Shown: positions 1 to 14,971, counted from the stretch's first letter. The stretch is DNA of 64,000 bases from Octopus vulgaris (GCA_951406725.2 OX597824.1:49414001-49478000); one strand, 5' to 3'. Notes: generated by a model not told the origin, from the letters alone. Numbers and translations are program-made.

Positions 1-404
1 CGACTCTTAATTTGTTTTATCTGTTGTTAATTTGGCAAGAATCTGCATTAATACAAATGTTAATGTGAATAGTTTTTCTTTTATCTACCAGCTTAAAAAA
101 GATCAACATAATGTATCTATGACTGTATTATTCAATATTTGAAAATGAAAAGACGTGCTTAGGTTTACATGATCAGTACAGACCTGGAGCAAAACAACAG
201 CAATCTGAAATTTGCTGACAACCTTGTAATTTTCGTTTAAAGCATTGAGGATACACAAAACTTACCTTTAACCCTTTTGATGCTGACCCACCGGAGACTG
301 CTGGTTCTAAGACACAAACTAAATTAAATTGAATTGAGGTAAAATTAATTATCTAAATTAAAACCTTCCAACAAAATTTCTTAAATTATATCCCAAACAT
401 CAGG

Positions 405-1790
405 TTGTCTACAAGGGAATCATACCCAGTTTTTGGTGTAGCAGCATTATAGACAACTGCTACAAAGGCAAAGGTGTTGCCTTAGACACAAATAATTATA
501 GAGGCATCAAATTGCTGGACCAGGTGATGAAAGTTACAAGAAGGGTCATAGCTCGATTAATTAGGAACAAATTTAGCATAGATGAGATGCAGTTTTGATT
601 TGTGTCGAGTAGGAGCACGACTAATGCTATATTCTTGGTTAGGCAATTGCAGGAGAAATATTTAGCCAAAAATAAAACTCTGTGCCTGGTTTTTGTTGAC
701 CTGGAGAAAGTCTTTGACAGAGTCCCCTTGCTCCCATAATTGGTGGTCAATGCGGAAACTAGGGATAGATGAGTTGTTGGTGAGAGCTGTACAAGAATGT
801 TATCACTAAGGTGAAGGTTGGCAACAAGTAAAGCGATGAATTCAGGGTACAAGTAGGGGTTCCCCAAGGATAAGTCCTCAGCCCTTTCTTGTTCATCATA
901 GTACTCCAGGCAATAACAGAGGAATTTAAGAGGGGCTGCTCCTGGGAGCTCCTTTATGCTGATGATTTTGCTCTTATAGCTGAATCACTATCAGAACTAG
1001 AGAAGAAATTTCGAGTATGGAAGCAAGATCTAGAATTAAAGGGCAATAGGAAAATAAACAAATCACAAATCCCTTCAGGTAGATGGCCCTGCTTGATTTG
1101 AAGAAAAAGCATAGGTAGAAAATCTGAGATGTACCCAGTATAAGCTATGGACACATAAGAGGTGCAGCAATATCAGAGGAAGGTTAACAAGGAAAATAGT
1201 TTTTTGTGTGGAAGGTGCACAGGTACAATAAACAGTAAAAATGTACAGAAAATAGACTCCATCAAATGCCAGGTGGGAAAGCTAGTAATAGTTAATAGCT
1301 TCCATTATCTAGGTGACCAAGTCAGTAGCAGAGGTGGATGCTCCGAGAGTGTAGCTGCTAGAATAATAGGGCTGGGCAAAGTTCAAAGAGCTCCTACCTC
1401 TGTTGGTAACTAAGGGCCTCTCCCTAAGAGTGAAAGGCAGATTGTATGATGCCTGTGTGCAAACAGCTATGCTACACAGCATTGAAATGAGGGCTGTGAC
1501 CGCCGAGAACGTGTGTAGGCTTGAAAGAAATGAAACTAGTGTGTTTCATTGGATATGCAATGTCAGTAAGCATGTACGACTGTGTATAGAAGACCTATCA
1601 AGTCAAGTGAAATTGTAGTCATGTCCGATGCTGGTGTCACATAACTGGCACCTGTGCTGGTGGCATGTAAAAAGCATCCAGTCATAGAAATCATGCCAAA
1701 TCAGATTGGAACCTGATGTAGGCCTACAGCTTACCAATTTCAGTCATACCATCTAACCCATACCAGCATGGAAAGTAGACACTAAATGAT
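405..1790 (+). mobile_element. Degenerate 5'-truncated RTE-clade LINE (RT, zinc-finger region, 3' tail)
   Basis: Frameshifted fragments (NYRGIKLLDQVMK, FVDLEKVFDRVP, WELLYADD) collinear with the intact ORF at 32047; ends near a gatgatg tail. Confidence 0.9.
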
Positions 1791-3351
1791 GGCTGTATTA
1801 AATTCTTCATTATTCTTAAAATTAAGACATTATTTTCAAAATTAACTGAGGACATATGGCCTAGTGATTTGGGTGATCCACTCACGATCACAAGATTCCC
1901 AAACTGATGGTACATTTTATTCTTGACCAAAACACTTAATTTCACATTGTTGTAAATAGCTAACCTTGCAGTGGACTGCTATTTTGTTCAGGAAGAATGT
2001 TGGTCTGCCTGCCTGGCTAGCAGGGTGGCATCACTTGAAGGCTGACCATCTGTATATAACAGCATCTGATAGTTTGCTTGACACTGTGAATTGAAGCAAA
2101 AGTAGTGTAGAAATATGGTAACAAAAAAGTTTTAAAAGATTGTGAATACTGTCACTGTAGATTGCTTTGAAATGGAATGAGTTTAGAATGTGTGTTAGTG
2201 AATTTAATTTTTCAGTATATGCAAACAGAAATCTACTAACAAATAGGTTAAAATATTTTATGTTTATTGATGGCTCTATGAAAAAATACAAGGCACAAAC
2301 AAGGAAACCAGTAACAGGATTATTTTAACTAGTAAATGAGTCTAGTATTGTAACTAGACTCAGATTTTATGAAACATTGGATGTTAGTATTGACTATGTC
2401 ACTGGTCAAAAAATTTCATGCTATTCAGTTTAAGAGGATATTTGATATTTACTTTTGAGATTATACCAAGCACAAGAATTGTATTGATCCTGTTAAGAAA
2501 TACAATACTGTGGGTCAGGGAATCACACAAATGTGAACTTCTATCAATATATTTGCTTAGTAGGAAACACAAGGTATTAACTAGAGATAATAGCTTTCAT
2601 ATATCTTGAATTTACTGGAATGCAAACATAGCACTATATTAATACAACCACCATAAATCTGTTTTCTTATCATTCCATTTAATCTCATCTGTTTTCTTGG
2701 ATAAGAATTGACAGTTGTAAGTACAAATTTAGAATCATTATCATTGTTTTAATGTCCACTTTTCCATGTTCATATGGGTTAGGTGGAATTTGGTGAGGTA
2801 GATTTTATACAGCTGGATGCCTTTTGCTATCCCTCACCTGTTTCCAAGTAAGACAAGATATTTCCCCATGATCAGACATGGCTTCATGGAAGATCAAAAA
2901 TGGACACTGCTTGCATGATAGTGATACTTGCTTAGAACTATTGCTCGATGTCAAGGCAAGAAGACTAACACACATACATGCACTAACATATACAACGGGC
3001 TGCTTTCAATTTCCAACTACCAAATTCACTTACTTGTCTGCCCTTTTTCAGAAAGGTTGGGTATTTGGTTGCTCTTGTTAGTTTTAGGAATGTGTGTAGC
3101 AATAACAGAATGAAAACGAACATTAGTGAAAAAGTTAAGTCTATAGGGATAACAAAATATGTTCCACAACATTTTCAAAGAGGAAATCAACCAGTAAATG
3201 ATTGATCTTGAACTGAGATATAATTTTATAAGTTGTTGGTTTAAAACAACATTTTAGCATCAAGAAACTGTTAGTACATTTGTACTGACTTTCTGGACAC
3301 TGGTGGTCCAGAACCTCTTATAATCCACTAGTACCTGTATTTGATTTAATT

Positions 3352-3525
3352 TTAACCCTTTAACATTCAGATTACTCAATCATATTTATTCACATTCATT
3401 TGAATTTGTCCTGCATTATCTTGTAGCCTTGAGATTTTAATGATGTGATTGTATATTTTTTAGACTAACATTGTAGTGTAGGTGTCAAGGACTGGACATA
3501 GCCTATTTAGATTGTAAAGGGTTAA
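3352..3525. mobile_element. piggyBac-type MITE (TTAA-CCCTT...AAGGG-TTAA); related copies near 3952-4130, 4833-5060 and 14025-14207
   Basis: ttaaccctttaacattc...gtaaagggttaa termini; shared internal sequence among copies. Confidence 0.65.
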
Positions 3526-5064
3526 GGTAAATCTAATAGCCATTTGATTTAGAGTGTGTTGATGAAGGTAACCACTCCTGGCTCAGAAAATTGATTTTGT
3601 ACCTGTATTATTTATAATTATTTGCTACTAATTCCTCTTTAATTAACAGAGAATAATGTTTGCCTTATTTTTATTGTTTCCTTATTTAAAAAATCAAAAT
3701 AATCTTAATTTGAATGCTTTTTGCTGGAATAACAACTCTTCAAATGCCATTGAATTTCATGAATTGTCAAAGCAAAACATAAGTCTGTCACTTCAAAACA
3801 AGGATTTGCAACTTCTTTTTGTAATGACTCACTTTTGATTGTATATTTGTCCATGGCCCACATCTATATTGTATTGTATGTAACATTTATATAAAATATC
3901 CTTACATATCTACAATATTCCTATCTCTACCAATTCTTATGTAAACTAAAATTAACCCTTTAGCATTCACATTACTTTGTCCAACGTAATGCTTATTTTT
4001 TCAGTTTTGAATTAATCATGCATTATCTCATAGCTTTGAGATTTCAATGATGTGATTGTTTATTCTTAGAGTAGCATTGCAGGATAGGTGTGAGAGGCTG
4101 GATATGGCCAGTTTAAATACTAAAGGATTAAACTAATTATGATACAAAAAGTTGTCTAAAAGTCAACTGCTCAGTGGTTCACAAATATATAAAAAGGCCT
4201 GAGGTACACAGAGAATACTTTAGTAAATCATTTGTGGACTGAAGCTTACCTTTTGTCACCTTGATCTGGAGGTTCAATATATAGTGGTTAGTAGATTGTG
4301 TGTAGTGTGTATTGGAAAACATTGTGGCTTTTGTTTCTATTCGTAATTAAAATGTCGCTATCTTTAAACGAGACAATTTTCTTTTTTATCTTTTAGTCAA
4401 CAGGGAAGGGTGTGTCCATAATCCTTTTCAGGGCTTCCAAAACTGATGGGAGGAAGGTATCTCCAAATTGGAAACCTGGCTTGAATGCTTGCAACAGAGA
4501 GGACTCTGCTAAATGCACTCAAGGACCAGGTGACAGCTTAAGATGTAACACCCAAATATGCCATGGTGAGATTTGAACCCAAAATCCAAGGTCTTGTATG
4601 AATACTGAAAGGCATTAGCTCTAGTACTTTAATGTTTTTGCCAGTCTATTTCTCTAGACTGGTATTTTATTTATCAACCATGGAAGGACAAAAAGTAAAA
4701 GTTAACTTTAGTGAGATTTGAAATCTGAGAGCAATGTGCCAGAATAAATACTGTAATGCATTTCACCCAAAGCTCTAATGACTCTGCCAATTCATCACCT
4801 AAAATTATGGTAATTAGCAGATCTTTTTCAGTTAAACCCTTTAGCTTTTGGATTACTCTGTCAAATGTAATGCATGTTTATTCACCTTGTTCTTAATCAT
4901 CCATTACCTCGTAGCTTTGAGATTTTGAGGCGCTTGTTTATAGATGGACATTGTAGTGTAGGTCTGAAAGGCCAAATTTGACCAGTTTGAACATAAAACA
5001 ATATTTGCACTGGACATGGCCTTAAGCCTTTTAACATTTAAAATGTTAAAGGCTTAAGGTAAAG

Positions 5065-5164
5065 AAGCTTGATTCCCACTGCATGGCAAGTGTCTTCTAC
5101 TATAGCCTCGGGCTGGCCAAAGCTTTGTGAGTGGATTTGGTAGATGGAAACTGTTGTGTGTGTG

Positions 5165-5207
<43 letters not shown>

Positions 5208-5405
5208 GTGTCTGTGTTTGTCCCCCCACCATTGCTTGACAACTGATGTTGGTGTGTTTATGTCCTGCAGCATAGTGTTTTGGCACAAGAGACCAATAGA
5301 ATAAGTACTAGGCTTACAAAGAATAAGTCTTGGGGTCGATTTTTTTTCGACTAAAGGCAGTGTTCTAGCATGGTTGTAGTCAAATGACTGAAACGTGTAA
5401 AAGAG
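5065..5405 (+). mobile_element. tRNA-derived SINE, family A, partial
   Basis: Matches the full copy at 62632-63050 (ggcaagtgtcttctactatagcc...gtggatttggtagatggaaactg...caaatgactgaaac). Confidence 0.85.
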
Positions 5406-6384
5406 AATATTAGTTGACTCGTCCAGTATCAAGGAGAACTGACCATTGTGTCTTCAGTTCTTTCACTAGGGAAAGAACAATAACATTTTATTTTCATACA
5501 TGCTATGCATTTTCCATGTAGTTTCAAATCAGCCACAGTCAATGATCAAGGAATTGTCAAATTTGCTTTGTGATTTCATATACTTTAACCACTTACTCAT
5601 TGTTGGATATCATTTCAAAAATAACCAAAATTTATTTTTAAAAAAAGTAGCTTGGCCACATGACTGAGTAAGAGCTACCAACAACTTCTGGTTCACTTTG
5701 TTATACTAAGAAGCCTCTACACAGTTGCTTGACATGCTAGAAACAGCAGCTAAATATCTCTCAGTTCACATCCATCTTTCTTAAAGAGGGACCCAGTGAA
5801 ATAAATTAGACCATCCTCCAAGCTTTAAGATAACATGTTAGCACTAGTATAGATTTATTGATATACACCTGTGACACACCACCACTGGTGAAGCCTGCCA
5901 CTAGAAGCAAACTGTTACCAAAATGATGCCTACAGATGGGGGTGTTGTTACAATATATCGTTTCGAGTTTAAAATTTATTTTAAATAATGAAGAAGAAAT
6001 ATTTTGAAATAGTCTTTCTTCTGAAATTTTAGAGGAAGGGGTTAATTGATTATATATACCCTAGTGCTAGACTGGTACTTATTTTATCAATGCTGAAAGG
6101 ATTAAAAGTAAAGTCGACCTTGGCATAATTTGAACTCAGGACATAAATCCAGAAGAAATGCCACTGAGCATTTTGTCTGGTGTGCTAGTATTACTGCTGC
6201 TTGCTTCCTTAAGACATTTTAAAATAGTTACACATTATAATCATTGAGAAGTGTGTCTGAAATGATTATGAATGCAATTGCTTTAGCTGACAATGAATAA
6301 AAGATATGGAGCATGATTAGGGTTGAAGAGTATACACTTAGTGTAATCAGTAAAAGATAAGTGACCAGTTGCTTTATATGTATT

Positions 6385-6745
6385 CTTTTCCTTGTTTCAG
6401 TCATTTGACTGCGGCCATGCTGGAGCACCATCTTAAGGGTTTTTTAGTCAAAGAAATCGACCCCAGGATTTATTCTTTGAAAGCCTGGTACTTATTTTAT
6501 CGGTCTCTTTTGTTAAATCATTAAGTTATGGGGGCATAAGCACACCAACATCAGTTGTCAAGTGATGGTGGGAGGACAAAAACATGTGCACCTAAATACA
6601 CACACACACACCACATATGCACAGTGGACTCTTTCAGTTTCTGTCTATCAAATCTACTCTCAAGGCTTTGGTTGACCGAAGGCTATAGTAGAAGGCACTT
6701 GCCCAAGATGCCATGCAGTGGGACTGAATCCAGAACCATGTAGTT
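6385..6745 (-). mobile_element. tRNA-derived SINE, family A
   Basis: Reverse complement of the family A sequence. Confidence 0.85.
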
Positions 6746-7014
6746 GAGGAACTGTTTTCAATCCTTATGAACCATTCAACCCCTGCTGGCAAAGTAGCAG
6801 ATGAACTGGTCCACCCCATCACTAGATCAACTCACTCCATTACCTCATTCCCTTCCTCTCACCTTGTTTTACTTTTGTCCTTTTTTCTGTTGACTCCATC
6901 ACTTCTACTCCTATTCTACTACTGTTCCCTCCGTTATTCTCCCCATTACCATTCTCTCACAATGAATTTGTTCCATCTATCATGGGACCTCCTTTCACTC
7001 TACAAGCTACAAAA

Positions 7015-8212
7015 AAGGAGTGATGCCAGGGTTGTGAAATCTTGCATGCATTAATTTCAACCCTTCCTATTAATAACTGCATTGTTGCTTTCCAGGTAAA
7101 CTGACATCTGACTGGTCAAAGAAGACTTCAATAGTAATTAGTAGCAACTTGCCTTGAAAATGGGCAAGATTTGGCATCATAGTGTTATCAAGTACCTGTA
7201 AAAAAAAAAATGTAACCCCTAAGGGCATTCACGCTGATCTGGTTGCTACATTAGGGGATGATGTTCCAGCTTTATCAACAATGCAAAAGTGGTCAACTGA
7301 ATTTAGGTGGATGAAAGAGTCTTGAGGAAGACCTGCAGTCTGGATGTCTTGTAACTGTCACCACTAAGGAAAACCTTGATTGTATTCACCACATGGTATT
7401 GGATGACAGGGGATTGACTATAAATCAAATAGTCAATGCTATTAGCATATCCCGTGAGAGAGTTGAGAATATTCTGCGCAATGAACTTGTCATGACAAAT
7501 GTTTCTGTTCGCTGGCTGCCACATCTTCTGACACCTGATCAAAAGCGCCCCAGGTTGATCACATCACGGGAAAATCTAACATTGTTTAAGGAAGATCCAG
7601 CTGGTTTCCTTAAACGTTTCCTAACCCAGGATGAGTGTTTGGTTCATCACTTTGAGCCAATGAGACAATCCATGCAGTGGAAACGCCCACCTCATCTGCT
7701 CCAAAGTCATTTAGTCAACAGGGAATATGATGGACTCAGTTTTTTGGAGATGCAAAAAGTTCCACACTATCAATGGAGTGTACTATGCCAATTTGCTGAG
7801 GCTATGAAGACCAAATGCCCAGGAAAGCTGAAGAAAGAGGTCTTGTTTCAACAGGACAATGCTCCAGCACACAAGTCATTGGTTTCAATAGCTGCTGTGC
7901 ATGACTCTAGCTTTGAACTGGTTGATCAGCCTCTCTATTCTCCTGATTTAGCAACATCTGGCTATCGTGTTTTACAGCATGAAAAGACACTTGGCTAGGA
8001 ACCAGTATTGCAGTGATAATGATGTCGTATCTGCTGTTGATGACTTTTTTGAGCAACAGGATGAAAACTTCTTCAATGGGATCCAAGTACTGTGACACTG
8101 AGTAAGAAGTGTATGGACTACACGGGAAACTATGTTGAAAAATGAATCTCATTTGATCACGTTCTATGAGAGTATCTTGATCTACCTAAGAACTTTTCAA
8201 CCAACCATTGTA
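7015..8212 (+). mobile_element. Mariner transposon, degenerate transposase
   Basis: ORF 7393-7998 has WLPHLLT, LTQDE, FQQDNAPAH and YSPDLA motifs of mariner DD34D transposases; frameshifted. Confidence 0.9.
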
Positions 8213-9599
8213 CAAGGCAACCTCTTTGGTGCTAATATAAAAAAATGCACCCAGAACACTGTCAGGTGGTTGATGTTAAGAAGGGCATCCAACCATACAA
8301 GCCAGTAGTTCTCAACTGGGGTTCATGTAATAAAATAGTAAATTGGGGATCCACAATAGTATTTTAAGGGCCCCTGAAAAAATTTTGCTTTACAAGCAGG
8401 TGCTGAAAATTTCCTAAAAGAAAATACAGGAGGATCAGTTAATTATGATTTTATTCAACATATTCCCCTCTCAGATTCACACACTTATTGCAGCAGCCCT
8501 TCAGTTTTTCTAAGTCCTGTAAAAGAACTTGGAAGGTTGGTCCTCCAATCAAGTCTTTCACAATACCCTTAAAGCCAGGAACTTTTTCAGTCGTATATAT
8601 CAACATGTATTGCAAGAAACAGCTAGATTTCTTTCTCCAACATTTTATATAGTTCGCTCTACATAAGTTAATGTGTGAAAAGCAAAATAGGAACTTTGTA
8701 AGAAGTTTCTATAAAACATTGAATGGCTAGTGTGGTCCACCAGAATAAAATAGTAATCAAAGGATTCCATGATTTAAATGGTTGAGAATCCCTGATGTAA
8801 ACCATACTAAAAATGAAACATTGGAACAAGACTTAATCCTCCAATCTGTTAAATCCTGTCAAATCATCCTACTGGTAGAAAATGATGATGATAGTGCTGT
8901 ATAATTTTACTGGGGCAATTGCATGGAGTGGCTATAAGTTCTTGAGCCAAGTTCCTGGCATGTTGGAACTATTTCATTACATTGCTTATATTTTATGCAT
9001 TAAGCTTGAATATCACAACATGCAGCAAATGTTTAATTTTCCTGTTTAACTCCTTTATGTGAATAACTAAACATCCACCCCACTCTCTTATTGTTTTTAC
9101 TTGGCTATATTTACAATACATTTTGATAGAAAATACTTTATCAGGAATCCATTAATTGACTGAAGAAAATAGATTTCCATTCCAGTTTAAGAGTACAAAT
9201 GTCATTATATGGTTATTGACCAATCATTCATTTAGAATTTAACTAGTGAACTTCACTAAAATAGAACAATGCTGATTCGCCATAGCAGTATTGGTAGTTG
9301 ATCCAGTTCCCTTAGGAAATATTATTATAGAACTTGAATCCCTGTTATATTACTAATTGTAGGTAATCTATTTAACAGATGATTGAACTGCTCTTGTTAT
9401 AAATTATTGAAACCCTCCTTACCTTTTAATCAGGCTTGCTGTTTTGGAATATCAACAAGGAAATTTGTCTTTCAGCAGTCTTTAATGTGACTAAAAAAAT
9501 CCATGGTGTTCATCATACTTCATATTTCCACATTTCTGTCATCTTCCACAAGCTCATCTCCATTTCGTGGAGTTATTTCTGAATACATCCTTTGAGATC

Positions 9600-9970
9600 A
9601 TCAGCATTATCATTTAACGTCTGTTTTCCATGTTGGCATGGGTTGTACAGTTGGACCAGAGCTGGTAATTCCAGGGGTTGTATTAGGTTCCATTGTCAGT
9701 TCTGGCATGGTTTCTACAGATGGGTGCCTTTTATAACACCAGCCACTCTACAGTGTTCTGGGTGCTTTTAATGTGACACCAGCACTGGTATCAATTCTGT
9801 TGTGGTAGACGGGTCTTCTTCAGTACAGCAATACACCAGATATCTTGGTCCTTTGTCATCTCTTTTGCAAGGCTCAGTGTCTTGAGATTGGCTTTCAATA
9901 TTTTGTCCTGTGTCTTCCTGGGTCTCCTTCCACAAGTTCCATCCATTTCAAGTGATCAGCACTTCTGTAT
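9600..9970 (-). mobile_element. RTE LINE 3' fragment; similar minus-strand fragments at 12950-13095, 21430-21620 and 22070-22460
   Basis: catcatttaacgtctgttttccatgttggcatggg is the reverse complement of the RTE 3' end. Confidence 0.75.
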
Positions 9971-11989
9971 AGTCAATTTAAGGTTAAAAGTAGACTCATA
10001 AGTATATCTTTATCTTACAACAACTATGATATTTGTGTATTTATTTAATCAACCCTGACTCAGTTCATATTCTTTACCCATGCAAAAGCATTTTAGAAAA
10101 TAGTCTTTGGAAATTTCTCAAGATGATGGAGCACCTTCAGTTTTACTGCATTATATTTTATTGACTTTTATATGGGAGAATGGCAAAATTCATAAATCAT
10201 TGTTGCAAGTCAGTGATTAATTCATTTGTAGTACCCTTCACTTCTCATCACTCATGTATTGTCAGCATATTAGATTTCCTTTTACCTGACCTTTATAAAG
10301 TGCATTAAGTGCCAACAGATCTCAGTAATGTCAACATCTGTACACCTGAAATGTTCTGTACTTTTTAGTCTTACGACATGTGGTTTCATTGATGCAGTTT
10401 ATAATGAATGCACCTACTAAATGAAGTTTAGTTATTTGCTGTTTTTAATATTAGTTTCATGGGCACTACAAAAGCTATTTCAAACAACTTTATGAAGTTG
10501 TGTGTTCTGAAACTAGGAAAAAGGAAGGTGAACAAAAAAAGACAGTGTGATGAGAAGTAGGAGAGGGGGAGTAAGAAACATAAGAGAAAGAGGAACATTG
10601 AATGCTTGTGAGAAGAGAAAACATTGTTCTCATAAAAGGTATAGGCAACATTTGTGACCAATATGTTAGAGAATAACATGCAACACAAATTTGATACATG
10701 AGCTACAGGTAACTGACTGGACATAAATCATTCATGTATTACAAGATGGACTGCCAAGATTGTACTGTGGAGTGAAGAGTAATCATAATGGTTTGTATGG
10801 GGTGGTGGTGCAGAACAAGGGTATTGAGAGGAGGAGAGGAAAACAAATAGAAAATTTATGAATGGAGATGATATGAACCCAGCCAGCTCCAAGGAGCAGA
10901 GACTATTATAGTATCAGACAAGAGAGGAGATAGTACTCTTGTAAAATGTCAGTATGGGAAGTGGGGATGAAATATTTTGACCCTGAAAAGAAAGACCAGT
11001 CATTGGATGCAATCCCAACTCTGTTTGAAATGGCTTTTGTGAGGAGAGAGCTTTGGTAATTGTGATACCCTATACTTTGGAGTGGTCATGAGGGCCTTAG
11101 TTGTGTGCTGCTCATGTTTAGATGTATGTGTAATTATGTCCTCTTGTTGAAAAAGGTAAAATTGGGACATCTCCATTGAAGAATGATTCTGAGATCTCTG
11201 TTCATGGAATCCATGGGGGCATGGCATGTGGAAGATTCCCGGCTGAGGAAGGTTAACAAAGAATGAAGAATACTGTCATCTGTGTTAGAGGTGGCATTGC
11301 TGGACTCAGCAGCAAATTGGTCATACATGAAATAAAGAGATTGGAAAGCAAAACTATTTCATGGGGATGATAGAAACCAAAAACTCTGTCAGCATACAAT
11401 GTAATAGTGTGATCTGATTGTTATTGATTTAAGAGATGATAATTTGGGTGGAGATCATAGTCAGTTTTGATAGATTTGCAAGCCAGACAGTTAAACATTT
11501 TGGTGATATTAAGCATGACAACATTGCCTCCACCATATTTCTTTAATTCCAACTCCAAATTAGATTAATCATGTTTCAATTGTATAACCAATGTAAATCA
11601 TCAGGTTAGTTTTTTTACATTGAATGGCTAGAAGGGTCGATCCAAATAAGATAGGAATCAAACAGGTCCCTAAGTAAAAATTGGTTGAGAAACACTAATC
11701 TAAAGCAACACAACAAATAACTACTTAAAAGAAATGATGAGTTCAACTATATATATATGTGTGTGTGTGTATGTATAGGATACAGATAAAGAACTAATTT
11801 ATTCTCAAATGCAGAATAATGCTGATAGAACAGCAGGAACAGGATAAAATATCCATATTTAGCAGAAAAATTTGTTGGCTGAATAAATTATTTCCTTATT
11901 CGTATCCTTCAATACATCTCAGCACTTCTAAAAGCAAACTTTGTTTACATTTATCATAATTTGAATTTATATATATGATGGACTCTCCT

Positions 11990-12275
11990 GTTGAAGATGA
12001 TGTAAGTGTTCAGCTTTTGTCGAACAACCTGCACAAATGATTTGTTTATAGTGACCAAATGTCTGTGCTGCACAGTAGCTCCATCTCTCCATCAAATCAA
12101 CATTGTCTGAACAGATGCACTGTGTACCACATATCAGGAGTTGAAAGGATTTCAGAGCAACGTGGGATAAAGCGTTGCTCAAGTACACAATACACCATCC
12201 AGTCTAGGAATTGAAGTCATGACCTCATTGTGAGTGCAACAACCTAAACACTAGGCCATGCGCCCTCTCACACGT
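11990..12275 (-). mobile_element. tRNA-derived SINE, family B, degenerate; related copy at 52880-53200
   Basis: Minus-strand head ggcgcatggcctagtgtttagg with A/B-box-like motifs; body shared with 52880-53200. Confidence 0.6.
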
Positions 12276-13811
12276 ATTGTACTGTACTGTACACACGAGA
12301 GTGAGAGAAAGGAGATTACAGAGAAAAAGACAAGTGAGATACTGAATCTCTGTTTTTTTTCTGTCTATATGTCCCTCTCTATGCCTCCATCTCTCTCACT
12401 ATTTCCCTCTCTCTCTGGTTGCATATGTGTCTCGCTACCTCTACCTCAAAAAAAAATTTGTGAGATAGAAAGATTAGGAAGAAAAAACAAGTGAGACAGG
12501 AGGGGGCCACTGAAAACACTAAATAAAATTGATATTTCAGGTTTTTCGTGTCATTTAAATTAATTTGACCATTCTGCAGATAACTGTGCACTTACCTTCT
12601 GAAAACGGAATGGTGGAGGCAGTTGGTGGTGTATTGCCTCCTATTTCTAGCAATCCACATACTGTCTATTTCACTGTAATGCTTTTTACAGAGTAAAAAA
12701 ATACTCCACTTATTCAATCCACCTCTAACTTACTCTAAGTTTAAACATTACACTTAGTCCTTTGAAGTCACTGCCAGACCTGTCTATATGTCCCTCTTTG
12801 TGTCTCTATCTCTTTCACTATCTCCCTCCTTCCCTCTCTCTCTCTCTCTCTCTCACTACCTCTTTTTCTCTCTAGAGAAAAAAATAGGTGAGACAGCGGG
12901 GAGAAGAAACAAGACAGACATATATATATGAGAGAGAGAGAGAAAGAGAGATCATCATCATTGTTTAACATCCGTTTTCCATGTTGGCATGGGTTGGACG
13001 GTTTGACAAGTCTGGAGAGCCAGTGGCTGCACCAGGCTCCAATCTGATCTGGCAATGTTTCTACAACTGGATGCCCTTCCTAACGCCAACCACTCAGGTA
13101 CGAGATCTTTCTGCTTGCCAGTTTCACTCACAAGATATTAGTCGTCATGGGACTGAACCTGAAACTTCATTGTTTTTCTATTTTATGTTTAATGTTTTGT
13201 ATTAAAATCTGCATTTGTAAAACTATTGTACAGCCACCTATGTTGACTGGTTAGCCCTTTAGCATTTAAACTAGCTATATCCGGCCCAAAAACTGAATAT
13301 GTAAGCGAAGTGTCAAAAATATGTATTCTATGATACAAATAAGGTGATGATATTTTTTTAGAATGTAGAGTTGCTGTTAGAACAGCAGAAATATTGGGTA
13401 AATTACTCTTACAACTCTAAATTTGAAAAAATATCATCTTATATGTATTGTAGAATACACATTTTCGATGCTTCTAATAAAAGAACAAATATTTCTTTGC
13501 TTACATTTATATACATGGTTGTTACATAAAGCTAAAGTATTTAATGTCTAAATTCAGCAGGCAATTTAGCTTAATGGTAAAGTTCTCAGCTGGAGTCTTT
13601 GAGGGATATGGGTTCGACTGCCATGGCTGGTTGTTGACAAATTTTGCCACTTTGTAAGTGTAATTTACCCAATATTTCTGCTGTTTTAACAGCAACTTTG
13701 TGTTCAAAAAAATATCATCTTATTTTTTTGTTTACATTTATACACTATATTCACTATTTTCTTTTCCTGCTTTTTATTTCATGCTATTATTGTTTTATTT
13801 CAATTTCCTAG

Positions 13812-13991
13812 TGCCCTACTTCAGAAACCCAAAAGTGAGATGACACCTGAGGAATTGGCTCAGCGCGAACAAGAAGAATTCAATACTGGTCCACTCTCTG
13901 TTCTTACGCAATCCGTCAAGAATAACACACAAGTCCTGATCAACTGCCGAAACAATAAAAAATTATTGGCTCGTGTCAAGGCATTTGATAG
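13812..13991 (+). CDS. SNRPD2: Small nuclear ribonucleoprotein Sm D2, internal coding exon
   Basis: Translates [59 protein letters not shown](R), near-identical to animal SmD2; ttcctag acceptor and AG|gtaac donor. The ATG-containing first exon was not located. Confidence 0.97.
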
Positions 13992-14971
13992 GTAACTCTC
14001 TTTTTGTTCTGCTATATAACATTTTAACCCTTTAGCATTGAAACCAGCCACGTGTAGCCTCTCACACCAACCTTACAATATCATTCTAAAGATTAACAGT
14101 AATCTCATAAAAATCTCCAAGATACAAGATAATGCATGATTAATTCAAAACAATGTGAATAAATAAGCAATACATTTGATAGGATAATCTGAATGCTAAA
14201 AGGTTAATGTTCTTGTTTAGCACAAGTCAGCCTTGACTGAAAAGACCTATAAGCAACATTGTTATAGCTGTGACCATCTCATGTTGTGTTCAAGTGCAGT
14301 GTACCCCAAGACTGTATTATCCAATCTATCCTTTTTGAAAATGTTAGGATTTGGTTTATGAGATATCTGATTGCTATTTCTAGCAGGTTGGGCAGCTATG
14401 TAGAGGCTCTGGTGTAGGTCTGCAAACTGATGTTCTAACTATTTTAGAGTCTTGAGTCGGATCTATTCTTTATTCTGGGCCCCATTTATTATAATGTCAA
14501 TGTGTTAAGGATTCTAACAGTTGCAATGGAAAATAGTGGTTCATTAGAAGAACCTGTGTATTACTATGATTAGTTGTTACTCATGTCCTATTGGCATCAA
14601 TATTCATCAAATCATTGTCAATATTGATGAGCCACAAAAGGCATTTTAAGTTCAAAATCAGAAAACATTGAAACAACCGTCAGGAGCCTTATATATGTTT
14701 TGTACTGAAATTTGTATGTAATCTTCATATATTGGTGGAAAAATGCTGTCCATCAAATGAAATCCACCAAGTTACAGATACTCTTTTTTAAACCCTCACT
14801 GCTAGCAAAGCGCTAAACCTGTATCCAATAATAGTACTATTCACAAATCGCAATATAAAATATCTAGAATCATAATATGTAGATAATATTACTTGAACCA
14901 ATATTCTTTAGGAAGAGTTTTAAACATGGGTAAATCTTTCTGGGACACCCTATACAGTTTGATTTATTTTA

